Shown: in pieces, positions 25,570 to 33,772 of the stretch | Layout of the letters: every line of letters begins with the position of its first letter | How positions within the stretch are numbered: the first letter of the stretch is position 1 | Virus record (IMG/VR): IMGVR_UViG_3300045988_123909 | DNA from: a virus | Reading direction: 5' to 3' (one strand) | DNA length: 45,869 bases | Translations under genes and position numbers: made by a program | Notes under the pieces: generated by a model | Databases searched by the model: none | What the model was told of the DNA's origin: nothing | The model's input: only the letters and a program-made list of their open reading frames with translations

Positions 25570-28500
25570 TTATTTTTTAGCAAATTTTCTCGCCTGGTTT
25601 CGCAATTCCTGCTTGGCGTCCAGATCCGAGAGTGATACAAACGAGCGAATTCCGTCTCTCTTGAGCTCTCTGAGCAGTTCCAGGAGCTCGTCATTATTGC
25701 GTCCCGACGTAGCATTTCCTGCATCGCGATGCGCAGATTCCTGCGTCCGGACGTAAAAATCTGCCCCTCCCGGAGCGATTTCCTGACTGATCCGGGCAGA
25801 CTGGCGGGCGATGCTTCCACCCAGCGCCCTGCCCTGCATGGCCATCAGATACTTGCTCATATCGAAGGTTCTTATCTGTCCGGCACGCTGGGCTGCATCC
25901 ATCAGGTTGATGAGCGGAGCGATGGTAGGGTTCTCCAGGGCTGCATTCGATGCCACCCACTCCTTGCTCCTGCCTCTAGGTCCCTCGCCTACGATAACGG
26001 TAGGATGATCTACGTACCCGCGCTTACCAGGTGCATACTCGGCGTTGAAGTGTTTGCCATCCTGCTCGCGCTCTACGTCGATGCGTCCGCCACTCTCGCG
26101 TCCGCTTGCCACACGGGAACCGGCAGAACTGGTTCCGCTAGCTGATCCGTTGAGGGTCATACGCTTCACCTTCTGGCGCTCAGCATTTGCTACAGCCAGC
26201 TGGGCTGCACCGGTCACACCCATCAGAGCTGCAGCAACACTTCCGGCAATCGGGCCCAACTCGCTGTACGCCTTCATGATAGATACTGCAGTATTAGAGA
26301 TAATCTGAGCTACCTGCATGGCGAAGTTTACGTCAGCATACTTTTTCTGTATCTTCAGCTTCTCGTTGGCTTTTTTCTTCTCCAGTTTCTCCTGGAGTGC
26401 CGTATTTCCCTCGGCAGCCTTAATCTCTGCATCATACTTTGCATCGACGTTCGCCATCTCGGCATTCTGCAGCGAAGTCACGGCATTACTGAAGAGGTTT
26501 GTATAGTACTCCGCCTGCTTTGCGAAGGACTCTTTCTTCAGCTGCTGCACTTTCTGCTCATATTCCTGCTGAGTGATATACTGGTTGTCGAGTGCCTGCT
26601 GAAGTAATTCAAGTTGACGGTCGTATTCACTCTGCTGGTCGAAACCGAGAGCCTGCCTAGCCTGCTTCTCCTTGTCAGCCTGCTGGGCAAGCTGCTCATT
26701 ATGCTTGGCTGTATACTCCGCCTCTATCTGAGTCTGTATATCCTTATATGCCTTCTCCAGCTGGGTAGTATCTTCCCCGTTCTGCTTGGCCATGTTGAGC
26801 GCAGCCTGATAATATCCCTTCAGCACTTCCAGTTTCTGGTCGCGTTGCTGTTCCAGGGTCAGTTCCTGCTGCATTTCTCCTTGCTCCATTACCTTCGCCA
26901 GGGCATCCTGGTAAGCCTGTTCTACTGCAACCTGCTGGTCGAAATGAGCCTGTTCTGCAGCCCGGAGGTTCGCCTGCTGTTTATCCTGGAGCGCTTTCTT
27001 CTTTGCGCCATCCGCAATTCCGATATTCTGCGACTGCTCGCTATACGAGGTTTCGATGGCGAGGATGTTGGCGGTATGCTGGGTCTTCAGAGCCTGCATG
27101 GCGAGGTCGTACTTATCTTGAGACACCTTCTTCCGAGCGAGAGCCATGTTCCAGTTGTTTACGTCCTGCTGGTAATCCTGATTGGCTGCATCGATATCTG
27201 CCTGTCGGTTTTCAGAAAACTTCTTCGATGCGATATCGTCGGGGTTAGGCTGTGTGGTGGTAGTAGTATTTACGGTTCCGGTATGACCGCCACCACCTTT
27301 TCCACCACCTCCGATGCCGCTGTCCGGAACTTCCGGCTCTGACGACTCCTTCACGGTCTGCGTCATGATACCCTTTCCGAAGGCGCCTGTAATGGTATGA
27401 ATCTGTGCATCGAGTTGTTTGATGCTATTCGATATCGAATTGACCTGCGACTGGAAGTGACCGACTGCATCGCTCTGTGTGTTACCTACCGCGCCCCAGG
27501 ATGTGGTATAAGAAACACCCTGTGCTGATTTTGCGCCGGAAAGGTTCTTCTTTGCGCCGGCAAGTTTAACCTCCAGCTCAGCTCGCTGCTCGGCAAGACT
27601 CTGTATCTGCTTCTTAGCGCCCTGTACCTCATAGAGTTTCACCAGATTGTTGATGTAAGCCTTCAGAGCCTTATCCGATGCCCTGAACTTCTTTGTAGTC
27701 TTGTCGATGGTAGCATTATATTGAGGAACTATCTTGTTGAGAGCGTCCACGGCCTTGTATCTTTCGTCCATGGATAGTTTTTCATCTTTCGCTACCTTTA
27801 CCAGGTTCTCCAGTTTCAGTTTTTCCTCCACAACCTGTTTTTGTGCCACTGCCCTGATATTGTTGAGCGCCTTCTGTGCCAGCGTTGACGCATCGGCTGC
27901 CTTCTTCATATCCCAGAGCTTCATGGCGAGGATAGCCACTCCTGCAGCAATCAGGCCGAAGACGCTTGCCTTCATGGTGGCGTTCATCGATGCCCATGCT
28001 GCCTTTGCCTGGGTAACCCTACCTGTAAGCAGGAGGAAAACCGCCTGCAACAGTTTCATGAGTCCGGTTCCGGTAGCACAGATTACGTTCCATGCCTGCT
28101 GCGCTGCGGCAGCACCCTTGGTTACAACGATATTTGTCTTGATGGCGTTGCTGGTAGCAATCGCTACAACCGTGAAGGCTGTGAGCAGAATGCCGAGCGT
28201 CTTTACCACGCCCTGATGCTTTACGCACCAGGATATGAGACTGATGGTGTTCAGCTGCATATCTGCATAGGCATCATCCCATTGTTCCTTGAGCGGGAGG
28301 ATTTCGTCTCCCAGAGCCTTCTGGGCGTTCTGCAGTTCTACCGTCTTCTGGGCTGCCCGGTCGGCTGCGCTGATATAGGTCTCTCCTGCCGCAGCCAGCT
28401 GGGTATCTACAATCTCTGCCACAGCCTTCATGAAATCGCCCGTCTCCTTGGTCTTCTCCGAGATTTCTGCTGCAGAGATTCCCAGGTTATCGAGGATCAG

Positions 28501-29337
28501 AGGAGATTTGCGGCCGAGACCGGTCACGATGCTGTCGGTCATGTAATCTACCGACTGACCCGTCTGCTGCGCCTTCAGCTGGGCAAACTCCAGATACTTG
28601 CCCAGATCTTCCAGCGGAATGCGGAAATCGTTAGCCTTTACGGCAGCCGTCATCAGCTGAACATCGTTTACGGTTCCCTTGGTTGCCTTGCGGAGATTAT
28701 CCAGCAGGCCTTCCTGGTTCAGGTCGTTGAATGCCTTGGTTACACCGTCTGCCTGCTCTGCCATCTCAAGACCGCCATTAACGAGCTCTGCGATGGAATC
28801 CGTGAACTCCCTCACTTTTTCTCCAAAGAGCTCTGCACCTTTGGTCAGCATATTACCCAGAAGCACACCATTCACGGTATCATCAGATGCAAGTTCTCCA
28901 AAACTCTTGGCGTTCTGCTTCAGTTCTGAGATACGCCCGGAAACATCTTTCAGGCGTTGCTCCAGCACACCATAGGCCTCTGGATTGAGCGACTGCACGG
29001 TATTATCCAGTTCCTTCTGCAGGCTCTTCTGCTGTTTCTTCAGCTGCACCATGCTCATATCCAGGATATCGATTTTGCTTGTCTGTTCGCCTATACGGTC
29101 GGTAAGTGTGCGGATCTCCTTACTGGTTTCCGTATATTGCTTCTTTAGGTTCCTGTAGGCTTCCGTCTCTTTTCTTCCGGCTGCCTCCAGGCTGATCATC
29201 TGGCTGAGTCGTGCCTTATTCTCTGAGCGCAGCTTCTTGCTCTGCTGCTCCAGGTTGTAGATGGCTTTCTGTGCATCGGCAGTCTTCACATCTACAGTAT
29301 ATCGGATTTCATCTTCCGTTAAATGTTTATTTGCCAT
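25570..29337 (-). CDS. Tail tape measure protein
   Basis: 1255 aa with long coiled-coil A/Q/K/E-rich regions. Central hydrophobic segments and a glycine-rich stretch GGGGKGGGGH. Confidence 0.85.
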   Translation of the reverse strand: MANKHLTEDEIRYTVDVKTADAQKAIYNLEQQSKKLRSENKARLSQMISLEAAGRKETEAYRNLKKQYTETSKEIRTLTDRIGEQTSKIDILDMSMVQLKKQQKSLQKELDNTVQSLNPEAYGVLEQRLKDVSGRISELKQNAKSFGELASDDTVNGVLLGNMLTKGAELFGEKVREFTDSIAELVNGGLEMAEQADGVTKAFNDLNQEGLLDNLRKATKGTVNDVQLMTAAVKANDFRIPLEDLGKYLEFAQLKAQQTGQSVDYMTDSIVTGLGRKSPLILDNLGISAAEISEKTKETGDFMKAVAEIVDTQLAAAGETYISAADRAAQKTVELQNAQKALGDEILPLKEQWDDAYADMQLNTISLISWCVKHQGVVKTLGILLTAFTVVAIATSNAIKTNIVVTKGAAAAQQAWNVICATGTGLMKLLQAVFLLLTGRVTQAKAAWASMNATMKASVFGLIAAGVAILAMKLWDMKKAADASTLAQKALNNIRAVAQKQVVEEKLKLENLVKVAKDEKLSMDERYKAVDALNKIVPQYNATIDKTTKKFRASDKALKAYINNLVKLYEVQGAKKQIQSLAEQRAELEVKLAGAKKNLSGAKSAQGVSYTTSWGAVGNTQSDAVGHFQSQVNSISNSIKQLDAQIHTITGAFGKGIMTQTVKESSEPEVPDSGIGGGGKGGGGHTGTVNTTTTTQPNPDDIASKKFSENRQADIDAANQDYQQDVNNWNMALARKKVSQDKYDLAMQALKTQHTANILAIETSYSEQSQNIGIADGAKKKALQDKQQANLRAAEQAHFDQQVAVEQAYQDALAKVMEQGEMQQELTLEQQRDQKLEVLKGYYQAALNMAKQNGEDTTQLEKAYKDIQTQIEAEYTAKHNEQLAQQADKEKQARQALGFDQQSEYDRQLELLQQALDNQYITQQEYEQKVQQLKKESFAKQAEYYTNLFSNAVTSLQNAEMANVDAKYDAEIKAAEGNTALQEKLEKKKANEKLKIQKKYADVNFAMQVAQIISNTAVSIMKAYSELGPIAGSVAAALMGVTGAAQLAVANAERQKVKRMTLNGSASGTSSAGSRVASGRESGGRIDVEREQDGKHFNAEYAPGKRGYVDHPTVIVGEGPRGRSKEWVASNAALENPTIAPLINLMDAAQRAGQIRTFDMSKYLMAMQGRALGGSIARQSARISQEIAPGGADFYVRTQESAHRDAGNATSGRNNDELLELLRELKRDGIRSFVSLSDLDAKQELRNQARKFAKK

Positions 29338-29340
29338 AAC

Positions 29341-29763
29341 TTATGATTTTTGTGGGTTGAGTGAATTTTCCAGTTCCTGACGTATACTGTTCCGTACTTC
29401 GTCGTTGAAGCCATAGCGAAGCTTGGGGAACGTTTCGTGATACAATACACCCCAGACTACGCGGTTATAGAGTGCCAGGTTCCTGCGCTTGAACTTGCTG
29501 ATGCGGTCGTTGCGCTGCCGGTACTGCATATCCAGAAAACGGAGATAAGGAAGGATGCGCACGAAGATGGTGCGGTTCTCGCCCGATATCTGACTGTCGA
29601 ACGAGTGAGCGGAAAGCGTGGTGAGCAATCGGCCGGTACGGCGCTTGTAATGATTGCGCACCACGTTCTCCTGGGTGGAGTATATCTTCAGGATACCTGC
29701 CTGAAGAGTCTCGTGAACGAATTTCTTTTTAACAAGACTGTCTGTTACCATATTCTTATACAT
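29341..29763 (-). CDS. Hypothetical basic protein upstream of the tape measure (possible tail assembly factor)
   Basis: 140-aa ORF whose stop lies 3 nt from the tape measure start. Function not recognisable. Confidence 0.5.
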   Translation of the reverse strand: MYKNMVTDSLVKKKFVHETLQAGILKIYSTQENVVRNHYKRRTGRLLTTLSAHSFDSQISGENRTIFVRILPYLRFLDMQYRQRNDRISKFKRRNLALYNRVVWGVLYHETFPKLRYGFNDEVRNSIRQELENSLNPQKS

Positions 29764-29786
29764 TACTAATTAGTAATGCAAATATA
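29761..29786 (-). promoter_or_regulatory. -7 box TATATTTG followed immediately by an 18-bp perfect palindrome cattactaattagtaatg that contains the ATG of the 140-aa gene
   Basis: Plus caaatata at 29779-29786. The palindrome at 29761-29778 equals its own reverse complement. Confidence 0.6.
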
Positions 29787-29819
29787 GTAACAGACAGACG
29801 AAGGGCAAAGGACTGTACC

Positions 29820-29993
29820 CTATCTCTTGAGGATACAGATCCGATATAGAGGATACCCCACCAGCGGGGTAAGGATGGTACAGAACAGAAGATAGAGTAC
29901 CCAGTAGGCGGGAACCCTGCTCTTAACCAGGAATGGCATCAGTACTACCGCTATAATGGCGGAGTAACCTTGTATATACGTTATCAGTCCCAT
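29820..29993 (-). CDS. Small 2-TM membrane protein (57 aa), below the ORF-track cutoff
   Basis: Hand translation: MGLITYIQGYSAIIAVVLMPFLVKSRVPAYWVLYLLFCTILTPLVGYPLYRICILKR. Has its own TATCTTTG box at 30030-30037. Confidence 0.5.
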   Translation of the reverse strand: MGLITYIQGYSAIIAVVLMPFLVKSRVPAYWVLYLLFCTILTPLVGYPLYRICILKR

Positions 29994-30029
29994 AAGCTGT
30001 ATATTTTAATGTGTTACTAATTCTCGGGT

Positions 30030-30037
30030 GCAAAGAT
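30030..30037 (-). promoter_or_regulatory. -7 promoter box (TATCTTTG on minus) with conserved downstream box CACCCGAGAATTAGTAACA
   Basis: Plus strand reads tgttactaattctcgggtgcaaagata. Confidence 0.5.
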
Positions 30038-30079
30038 ACACCACTTTTTCTGAAAAACCAAATTTATGCTCCAGAAAAA

Positions 30080-30103
30080 ATGGCCACCCTCACGGGCAGC
30101 CAT
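30080..30103 (-). terminator. Putative intrinsic terminator after the 71-aa gene
   Basis: Imperfect hairpin atggctgcccgtgagggtggccat, followed by TTTTTTCT on the minus strand. Confidence 0.45.
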
Positions 30104-30173
30104 CCTTAATTAGAGATCTGACTAAATTTAAATATTTGTCACTTATTACATGATAGACTAGAAAAACTATTTT

Positions 30174-30389
30174 CTATTTCCCTGAGAGTATTTTACCCAG
30201 TTTCTTGTACATCTCCTTGAGCTGTTCATCGGTAATGCCCGAGATGTACATGCCGTTCATGCTGAGCATGTGTTCACGCGCTGGCTTGCCGGCGTTCATT
30301 ACTTCGCACTCCTCGAAGATAGGGTGCATTCTTTCTTCCTCCACGTTGGCTGCAACATTAGCTGCAGCATTTTTATTCTGATTTTCCAT
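30174..30389 (-). CDS. Hypothetical small protein (71 aa)
   Basis: ORF with ATG start, second gene of a two-gene cassette. Confidence 0.45.
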   Translation of the reverse strand: MENQNKNAAANVAANVEEERMHPIFEECEVMNAGKPAREHMLSMNGMYISGITDEQLKEMYKKLGKILSGK

Positions 30390-30424
30390 AATCTGCTTAA
30401 TTAAATTATTTGTTACTATCGTTA

Positions 30425-30925
30425 TTATTCCACTCCTCCATCTTTAGGCTTTGGTCGGCTCCATCCTTCCGGGTACATTTGCTGAGAGTCTTCGGCAAGA
30501 TTTGCCCCCCCAGAATTGCGGTAAGCCTCGAAAATCTTGTGCCGCTCGTTCTGAAGTTGCAGGTTTTTCAGAGCATGCTCGCTTTTCAGTTTAGCATACT
30601 TCTCATTGAATTCCTTGTTCGCCTGGCTGAGGGTTTCGCGGATGTTGCACTCAGTCTTCTCAAACATCTCCTGCTGACGGTTGACCTGAATCTTGTATTC
30701 CAGCTTTTCCGTCTGAAGCTTACGGTTAGAGACCGAACAGAAGGTCTTCTGATCGTCAAGGTCCTGCTGAAGTTCTGCGCGCTTATGCTCATACTCCTCG
30801 CGTTCCTTATTAATAGCCTCGGTGTTCTTTACTAACTGAGCATGGAATATCTCAGTTGCCATTATCTCTTTAGCAGTTTCTACTGCTCTGTCCAATACGG
30901 TCTTGATATCTTTTTCGTTACTCAT
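30425..30925 (-). CDS. Hypothetical coiled-coil protein (166 aa)
   Basis: ORF with ATG start and E/K/Q-rich heptad-like sequence. Promoter box lies upstream at 30982-30989. Confidence 0.5.
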   Translation of the reverse strand: MSNEKDIKTVLDRAVETAKEIMATEIFHAQLVKNTEAINKEREEYEHKRAELQQDLDDQKTFCSVSNRKLQTEKLEYKIQVNRQQEMFEKTECNIRETLSQANKEFNEKYAKLKSEHALKNLQLQNERHKIFEAYRNSGGANLAEDSQQMYPEGWSRPKPKDGGVE

Positions 30926-30981
30926 TTTAATGTGAATTTAATTGTTCTCATAATTCTTTTTGTGTTAAAATTCTCACGGTG

Positions 30982-30989
30982 CAAAGGTA
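30982..30989 (-). promoter_or_regulatory. -7 promoter box (TACCTTTG on minus) with conserved downstream box CACCGTGAGAATTTTAACA
   Basis: Plus strand reads tgttaaaattctcacggtgcaaaggta. Confidence 0.5.
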
Positions 30990-31037
30990 CGAAATCTTTG
31001 CTGTGCGTCAAAGGACAAACATATGAGTGATGTTTGG

Positions 31038-31481
31038 CTATTTTTCACTCATTTCTTCTATCGGGCGCCAATATACCGCGAAGGTGTTGCACTTCATGAA
31101 GCAGTCGGCATCGCTATCCTCGGTCCAGATGAAAGGAATGCCGCCATCATAGCGCATTCCGTCTGCAAGCATTACGCTCTCGTGGTGGTCATCGGGCGTG
31201 CGGGGATCATGGAACCTTACCTTGGCTCCATTCTTGAAGCCGGCAGCAACCTTCAGAAACTCTCTCGATTTGAAGATATACATCCTGTTCTTGAATATCA
31301 CGAACTGCAGCAGACCGCTATGTGTCATGTGGCATACCTGTTCACTCAGCTTCAGACCATCTTCGTGAGAGATAGAATTGCAATCCTCGAAGCCTACACG
31401 GGTAATCGTGGCGTCGGGATAGAACATCTTGTACTCGGCAAGACGTTCCGCTACATCTGTAAGCATATCAATCTTAGCCAT
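31038..31481 (-). CDS. Hypothetical soluble protein (147 aa)
   Basis: Start set to the ATG at 31481 (MAKIDMLTDV...), 2 nt after the stop of the upstream gene. The track ORF extension overlaps that gene. Preferred over the antisense 192-aa plus-strand ORF. Confidence 0.5.
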   Translation of the reverse strand: MAKIDMLTDVAERLAEYKMFYPDATITRVGFEDCNSISHEDGLKLSEQVCHMTHSGLLQFVIFKNRMYIFKSREFLKVAAGFKNGAKVRFHDPRTPDDHHESVMLADGMRYDGGIPFIWTEDSDADCFMKCNTFAVYWRPIEEMSEK

Positions 31482-31483
31482 AA

Positions 31484-31726
31484 CTACATCACCTCCCCTC
31501 CCATAATGAAGCCACCTAATACAGCTGCTGCCATGAAGGCGAAGAAACCTGCCATGGTCATAGCTACTTCGCCATACGTAACCGTCTCCCCGCAAAGGTA
31601 GGAGAAGGTCTCTCTCTTGGTCTTGGCGAGCTTCCTGATTTCACACTTGAGGGCCTTCATGCCCTCCTCTACGCTGATGCCTGCAGGGCGCGCCTGAGCA
31701 TCACTAATTAAAATAGAATTCTGCAT
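31484..31726 (-). CDS. Hypothetical tail-anchored membrane protein (80 aa)
   Basis: C-terminal hydrophobic segment AMTMAGFFAFMAAAVLGGFIMGG. ATG start. Confidence 0.5.
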   Translation of the reverse strand: MQNSILISDAQARPAGISVEEGMKALKCEIRKLAKTKRETFSYLCGETVTYGEVAMTMAGFFAFMAAAVLGGFIMGGEVM

Positions 31727-31730
31727 ATTG

Positions 31731-31933
31731 CATCATCTTATAACCATTAACAGCCGATTGTACAAAAGGGTGGCGGCTGCATTCCCCGTTGGTTATAAGA
31801 CGATGACTTATCCGGAAGGACAAATGAAATCTTACGGTTCATGCAGCCGCCATTTATTGCGAGAATAATTTCTCCAATTAGGAAAATATATTTTCCCAGT
31901 TAGGAAAAACATTTTTCCCGATTAGGCATAAAA
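31731..31933 (-). promoter_or_regulatory. Structured leader: two interleaved long inverted repeats plus 3 x ~21-bp direct repeats
   Basis: IR-A is 31731-31746 / 31790-31805 (15 of 16 match). IR-B is 31771-31782 / 31841-31852 (12 of 12). Direct repeats at 31869-31933 have core TYCCNRTTAGG. A candidate -7 box TACCTTTG lies near 32022-32029. Confidence 0.5.
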
Positions 31934-32128
31934 AAAGCCTGCGGCCAGAAGCCATAGGCGATAACGGACGCCTTGCCGGATAGTTTACTATCGTCTTGCA
32001 ACCGTCGGCAAAGGTAAGAAGAAAATCCGGAACCGCCAAATAAAAATCGGGAAATTTTTCTCACGATGAGAATAATTAACACTTAAATATGCTGTAGAGC
32101 ATAAAAATGAGGGGTTTGGGGAATGAAA

Positions 32129-32156
32129 AGCCCCGATGCGCTGCTGCACCGGGGCT
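32129..32156 (-). terminator. Intrinsic terminator, type A hairpin (copy 1)
   Basis: agccccgatgc-gctgct-gcaccggggct, followed on the minus strand by TTTTC. The 39-nt block 32121-32159 is identical to 32915-32953. Confidence 0.7.
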
Positions 32157-32162
32157 GATATG

Positions 32163-32621
32163 TTATTGTTCGCCTTTCTGGTAAATTGGAGGAATCTTAT
32201 TCAATACGAATACCACAGCAAGACCGATAACGGTGGTTACGCCTATAATGCCGGCCACGGTATCATGACCATTCATGGCAAGGCTATAGGATATAAACCC
32301 GAAGAAGAGGATGAGTATGGTGGCAAGAACCTGCCCCAGCGTGCTCTGGAAAAACTTCTTCTTCACAATGGTCTTCTCCATGTCGATGCGATGATCTACC
32401 TGCTTCTCGGTCATCGACATGATACGGTCGGTAGAACCCTTCAGCGTCTGCTCGTATGCCTTGAAATCTTCGGGCGAAGGAAGAGGTCCGCTGTACGACC
32501 GCTCCTCAATGGCGAGCATCGTAGAAACAATCACCTTCCGCTTGTCTTCCGGAAGTTCCTCCAGGATATCGTTGATATTGGCAGGAATCATCTCTCCGCT
32601 ACGATCTTTCTTATCTGACAT
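32163..32621 (-). CDS. DUF2335-like membrane protein
   Basis: YSGPLPSPEDFKAYEQTLKGSTDRIMSMTEKQVDHR matches the DUF2335 signature as I remember it. Two C-terminal TM helices. Confidence 0.6.
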   Translation of the reverse strand: MSDKKDRSGEMIPANINDILEELPEDKRKVIVSTMLAIEERSYSGPLPSPEDFKAYEQTLKGSTDRIMSMTEKQVDHRIDMEKTIVKKKFFQSTLGQVLATILILFFGFISYSLAMNGHDTVAGIIGVTTVIGLAVVFVLNKIPPIYQKGEQ

Positions 32622-32796
32622 AAGCCGACTTCTGCTTTAAGTTCATAACCTTTCTCATATCATTACCGATGGCCTCCCAGTCCTTTCTCAGATCTGAAGC
32701 ATTATCGCCCTTCAGATAATCGTTGAACAGGCTGTTGTCTCCGCCCAGTCTTCCCAGGCTGATTAACCCTTCCAGTAAATTATTAAGTATTCTCAT
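32611..32796 (-). CDS. Hypothetical small protein (61 aa), overlapping the DUF2335-like gene start
   Basis: Start moved to the ATG at 32796 (MRILNNLL...), because the longer form would begin at or above the predicted transcription start. Confidence 0.45.
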   Translation of the reverse strand: MRILNNLLEGLISLGRLGGDNSLFNDYLKGDNASDLRKDWEAIGNDMRKVMNLKQKSAYVR

Positions 32797-32845
32797 ATCT
32801 TTCTTATTTTTGAGTGTCCACGTTCTGTTACTAATTCTCACGGTG

Positions 32846-32853
32846 CAAATATA
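32846..32853 (-). promoter_or_regulatory. -7 promoter box (TATATTTG on minus) with conserved downstream box CACCGTGAGAATTAGTAACA
   Basis: Plus strand reads tgttactaattctcacggtgcaaatata. Confidence 0.5.
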
Positions 32854-32922
32854 CTATTATTTTCTGAACAGAACAAACGAAAGCGGGTATTTAACACAAA
32901 AAACTTGAAAATGGGAATGAAA

Positions 32923-32950
32923 AGCCCCGATGCGCTGCTGCACCGGGGCT
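32923..32950 (-). terminator. Intrinsic terminator, type A hairpin (copy 2)
   Basis: Identical to 32129-32156. About 20 nt downstream of the stop of the 133-aa gene. Confidence 0.7.
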
Positions 32951-32969
32951 GATGTGTGAATAGATAACC

Positions 32970-33371
32970 CTATGCTAACTGCAAAGAGCTAATGCGTTGT
33001 CCAATCTCCTGGACGGCACGATTGAAAATATCTTTCTGCTCGGAATTGAGCGTATAAACATGACCACGAACCTCTGAGCCATTGAGACGCTGAGAGAGCC
33101 ATGCAGCGCTTTTACCGAAATATTTCTGTGCGATGTATCGAAGTGGAAGCAACTTGTAATCTGCCTCTGCAAGCTGCTCACGCAAAGTGGCAACCTCCAG
33201 CTTCAGGTTTGCGACTCTATCTACAACCACCTCACTAATATATTTCTTATCCTCCTCCGTAGCATTTGCGCTGAGATAGCGATGAATCTCGTCTCTGCGC
33301 TCTTTGCTCTTGGCATCCTGCTTACTAGCCAATGCCATATACTCTGCCATTAATTCTTTGATATTATCCAT
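32970..33371 (-). CDS. DUF5053-like protein with N-terminal coiled-coil extension (133 aa)
   Basis: C-terminal YFGKSAAWLSQRLNGSEVRGHVYTLNSEQKDIFNRAVQEIGQRI resembles the Bacteroidota DUF5053 pattern. Paralogue at 34747..34998. Confidence 0.6.
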   Translation of the reverse strand: MDNIKELMAEYMALASKQDAKSKERRDEIHRYLSANATEEDKKYISEVVVDRVANLKLEVATLREQLAEADYKLLPLRYIAQKYFGKSAAWLSQRLNGSEVRGHVYTLNSEQKDIFNRAVQEIGQRISSLQLA

Positions 33372-33398
33372 ATTCTTATATTTATATTGTTTAAAGAA

Positions 33399-33417
33399 CC
33401 TCCCCTCTTAGGGGAGG
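33399..33417 (-). promoter_or_regulatory. Perfect GC-rich hairpin (cctcccc-tctta-ggggagg) in the leader just upstream of the DUF5053-like gene
   Basis: A 7-8 bp stem about 28 nt 5' of the ATG at 33371. An analogous hairpin (ccctcc-acgaa-gggaggg) sits around 35022-35039 before the paralogue. Confidence 0.45.
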
Positions 33418-33422
33418 ACTTT

Positions 33423-33575
33423 TTAGTTTTTTCTTTGCTTGTAGAGCTTAGAAAGGTCTGCGAGTCTCAAATCAATCTGTCTCTCGTAATCGAAGACCAA
33501 GTCTTTCAGTTCGAGAAGAGCCTTGATTTCATCTTCCTTTCTTTTAATTTCTTGCTCTAACTCTTTTTGTGTCAT
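33423..33575 (-). CDS. Small coiled-coil protein (50 aa), below the ORF-track cutoff
   Basis: Hand translation: MTQKELEQEIKRKEDEIKALLELKDLVFDYERQIDLRLADLSKLYKQRKN. Lies between the promoter box at 33622-33629 and the hairpin. Confidence 0.4.
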   Translation of the reverse strand: MTQKELEQEIKRKEDEIKALLELKDLVFDYERQIDLRLADLSKLYKQRKN

Positions 33576-33621
33576 ACGCTCAAAATCTAATTGTTAAACA
33601 TCTAGTTATCTATTCACGATG

Positions 33622-33629
33622 CAAAGGTA
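33622..33629 (-). promoter_or_regulatory. -7 promoter box (TACCTTTG on minus)
   Basis: Plus strand reads cacgatgcaaaggta. Confidence 0.45.
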
Positions 33630-33724
33630 CATAAAATTCTTTTAACGACCAAATAAAACATAAACTTTCTTTTATGTTTAACTCATTTTTAACATCTTGA
33701 TACGGGAAATAAGCGGAAAAAGCG

Positions 33725-33732
33725 TATCTTTG
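33725..33732 (+). promoter_or_regulatory. -7 promoter box TATCTTTG for the 195-aa membrane protein gene (copy 1)
   Basis: Part of an approximately 75-bp block that is nearly identical to 35170-35245. Confidence 0.55.
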
Positions 33733-33772
33733 CAGAAAAGAAATGTTTCACCTATTAATATATATATAAGGT

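Noticed and set aside
26614-28929. Long plus-strand ORFs (242, 160 and 237 aa and others) antisense to the tape measure gene
   Set aside because: They lie entirely inside the 1255-aa minus-strand ORF. Their low-complexity L/S/C-rich composition mirrors the A/Q/K/E-rich coiled coil, and they have no promoter boxes or independent starts.
31023-31601. 192-aa plus-strand ORF antisense to the 147-aa and 80-aa genes
   Set aside because: The minus-strand genes have balanced composition, tight coupling (2-nt spacing) and an upstream promoter and leader. The plus ORF spans two minus genes and has no promoter box. It remains a minor alternative.
31771-31852. tRNA-like element: a 12-bp terminal stem (tggcggctgcat / atgcagccgcca) enclosing about 58 nt, with GGTTCAT resembling a T-loop
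   Set aside because: I could not fold a cloverleaf on either strand. The terminal stem is too long, no 5-bp T-stem flanks the GGTTCAT, and there are no D-arm or anticodon-arm pairings. It is treated instead as part of a structured leader.
31900-32082. 60-aa minus-strand ORF in the long leader
   Set aside because: It spans the predicted -7 promoter box and the 3 x 21-bp repeats, and its composition is odd. It is probably non-coding.
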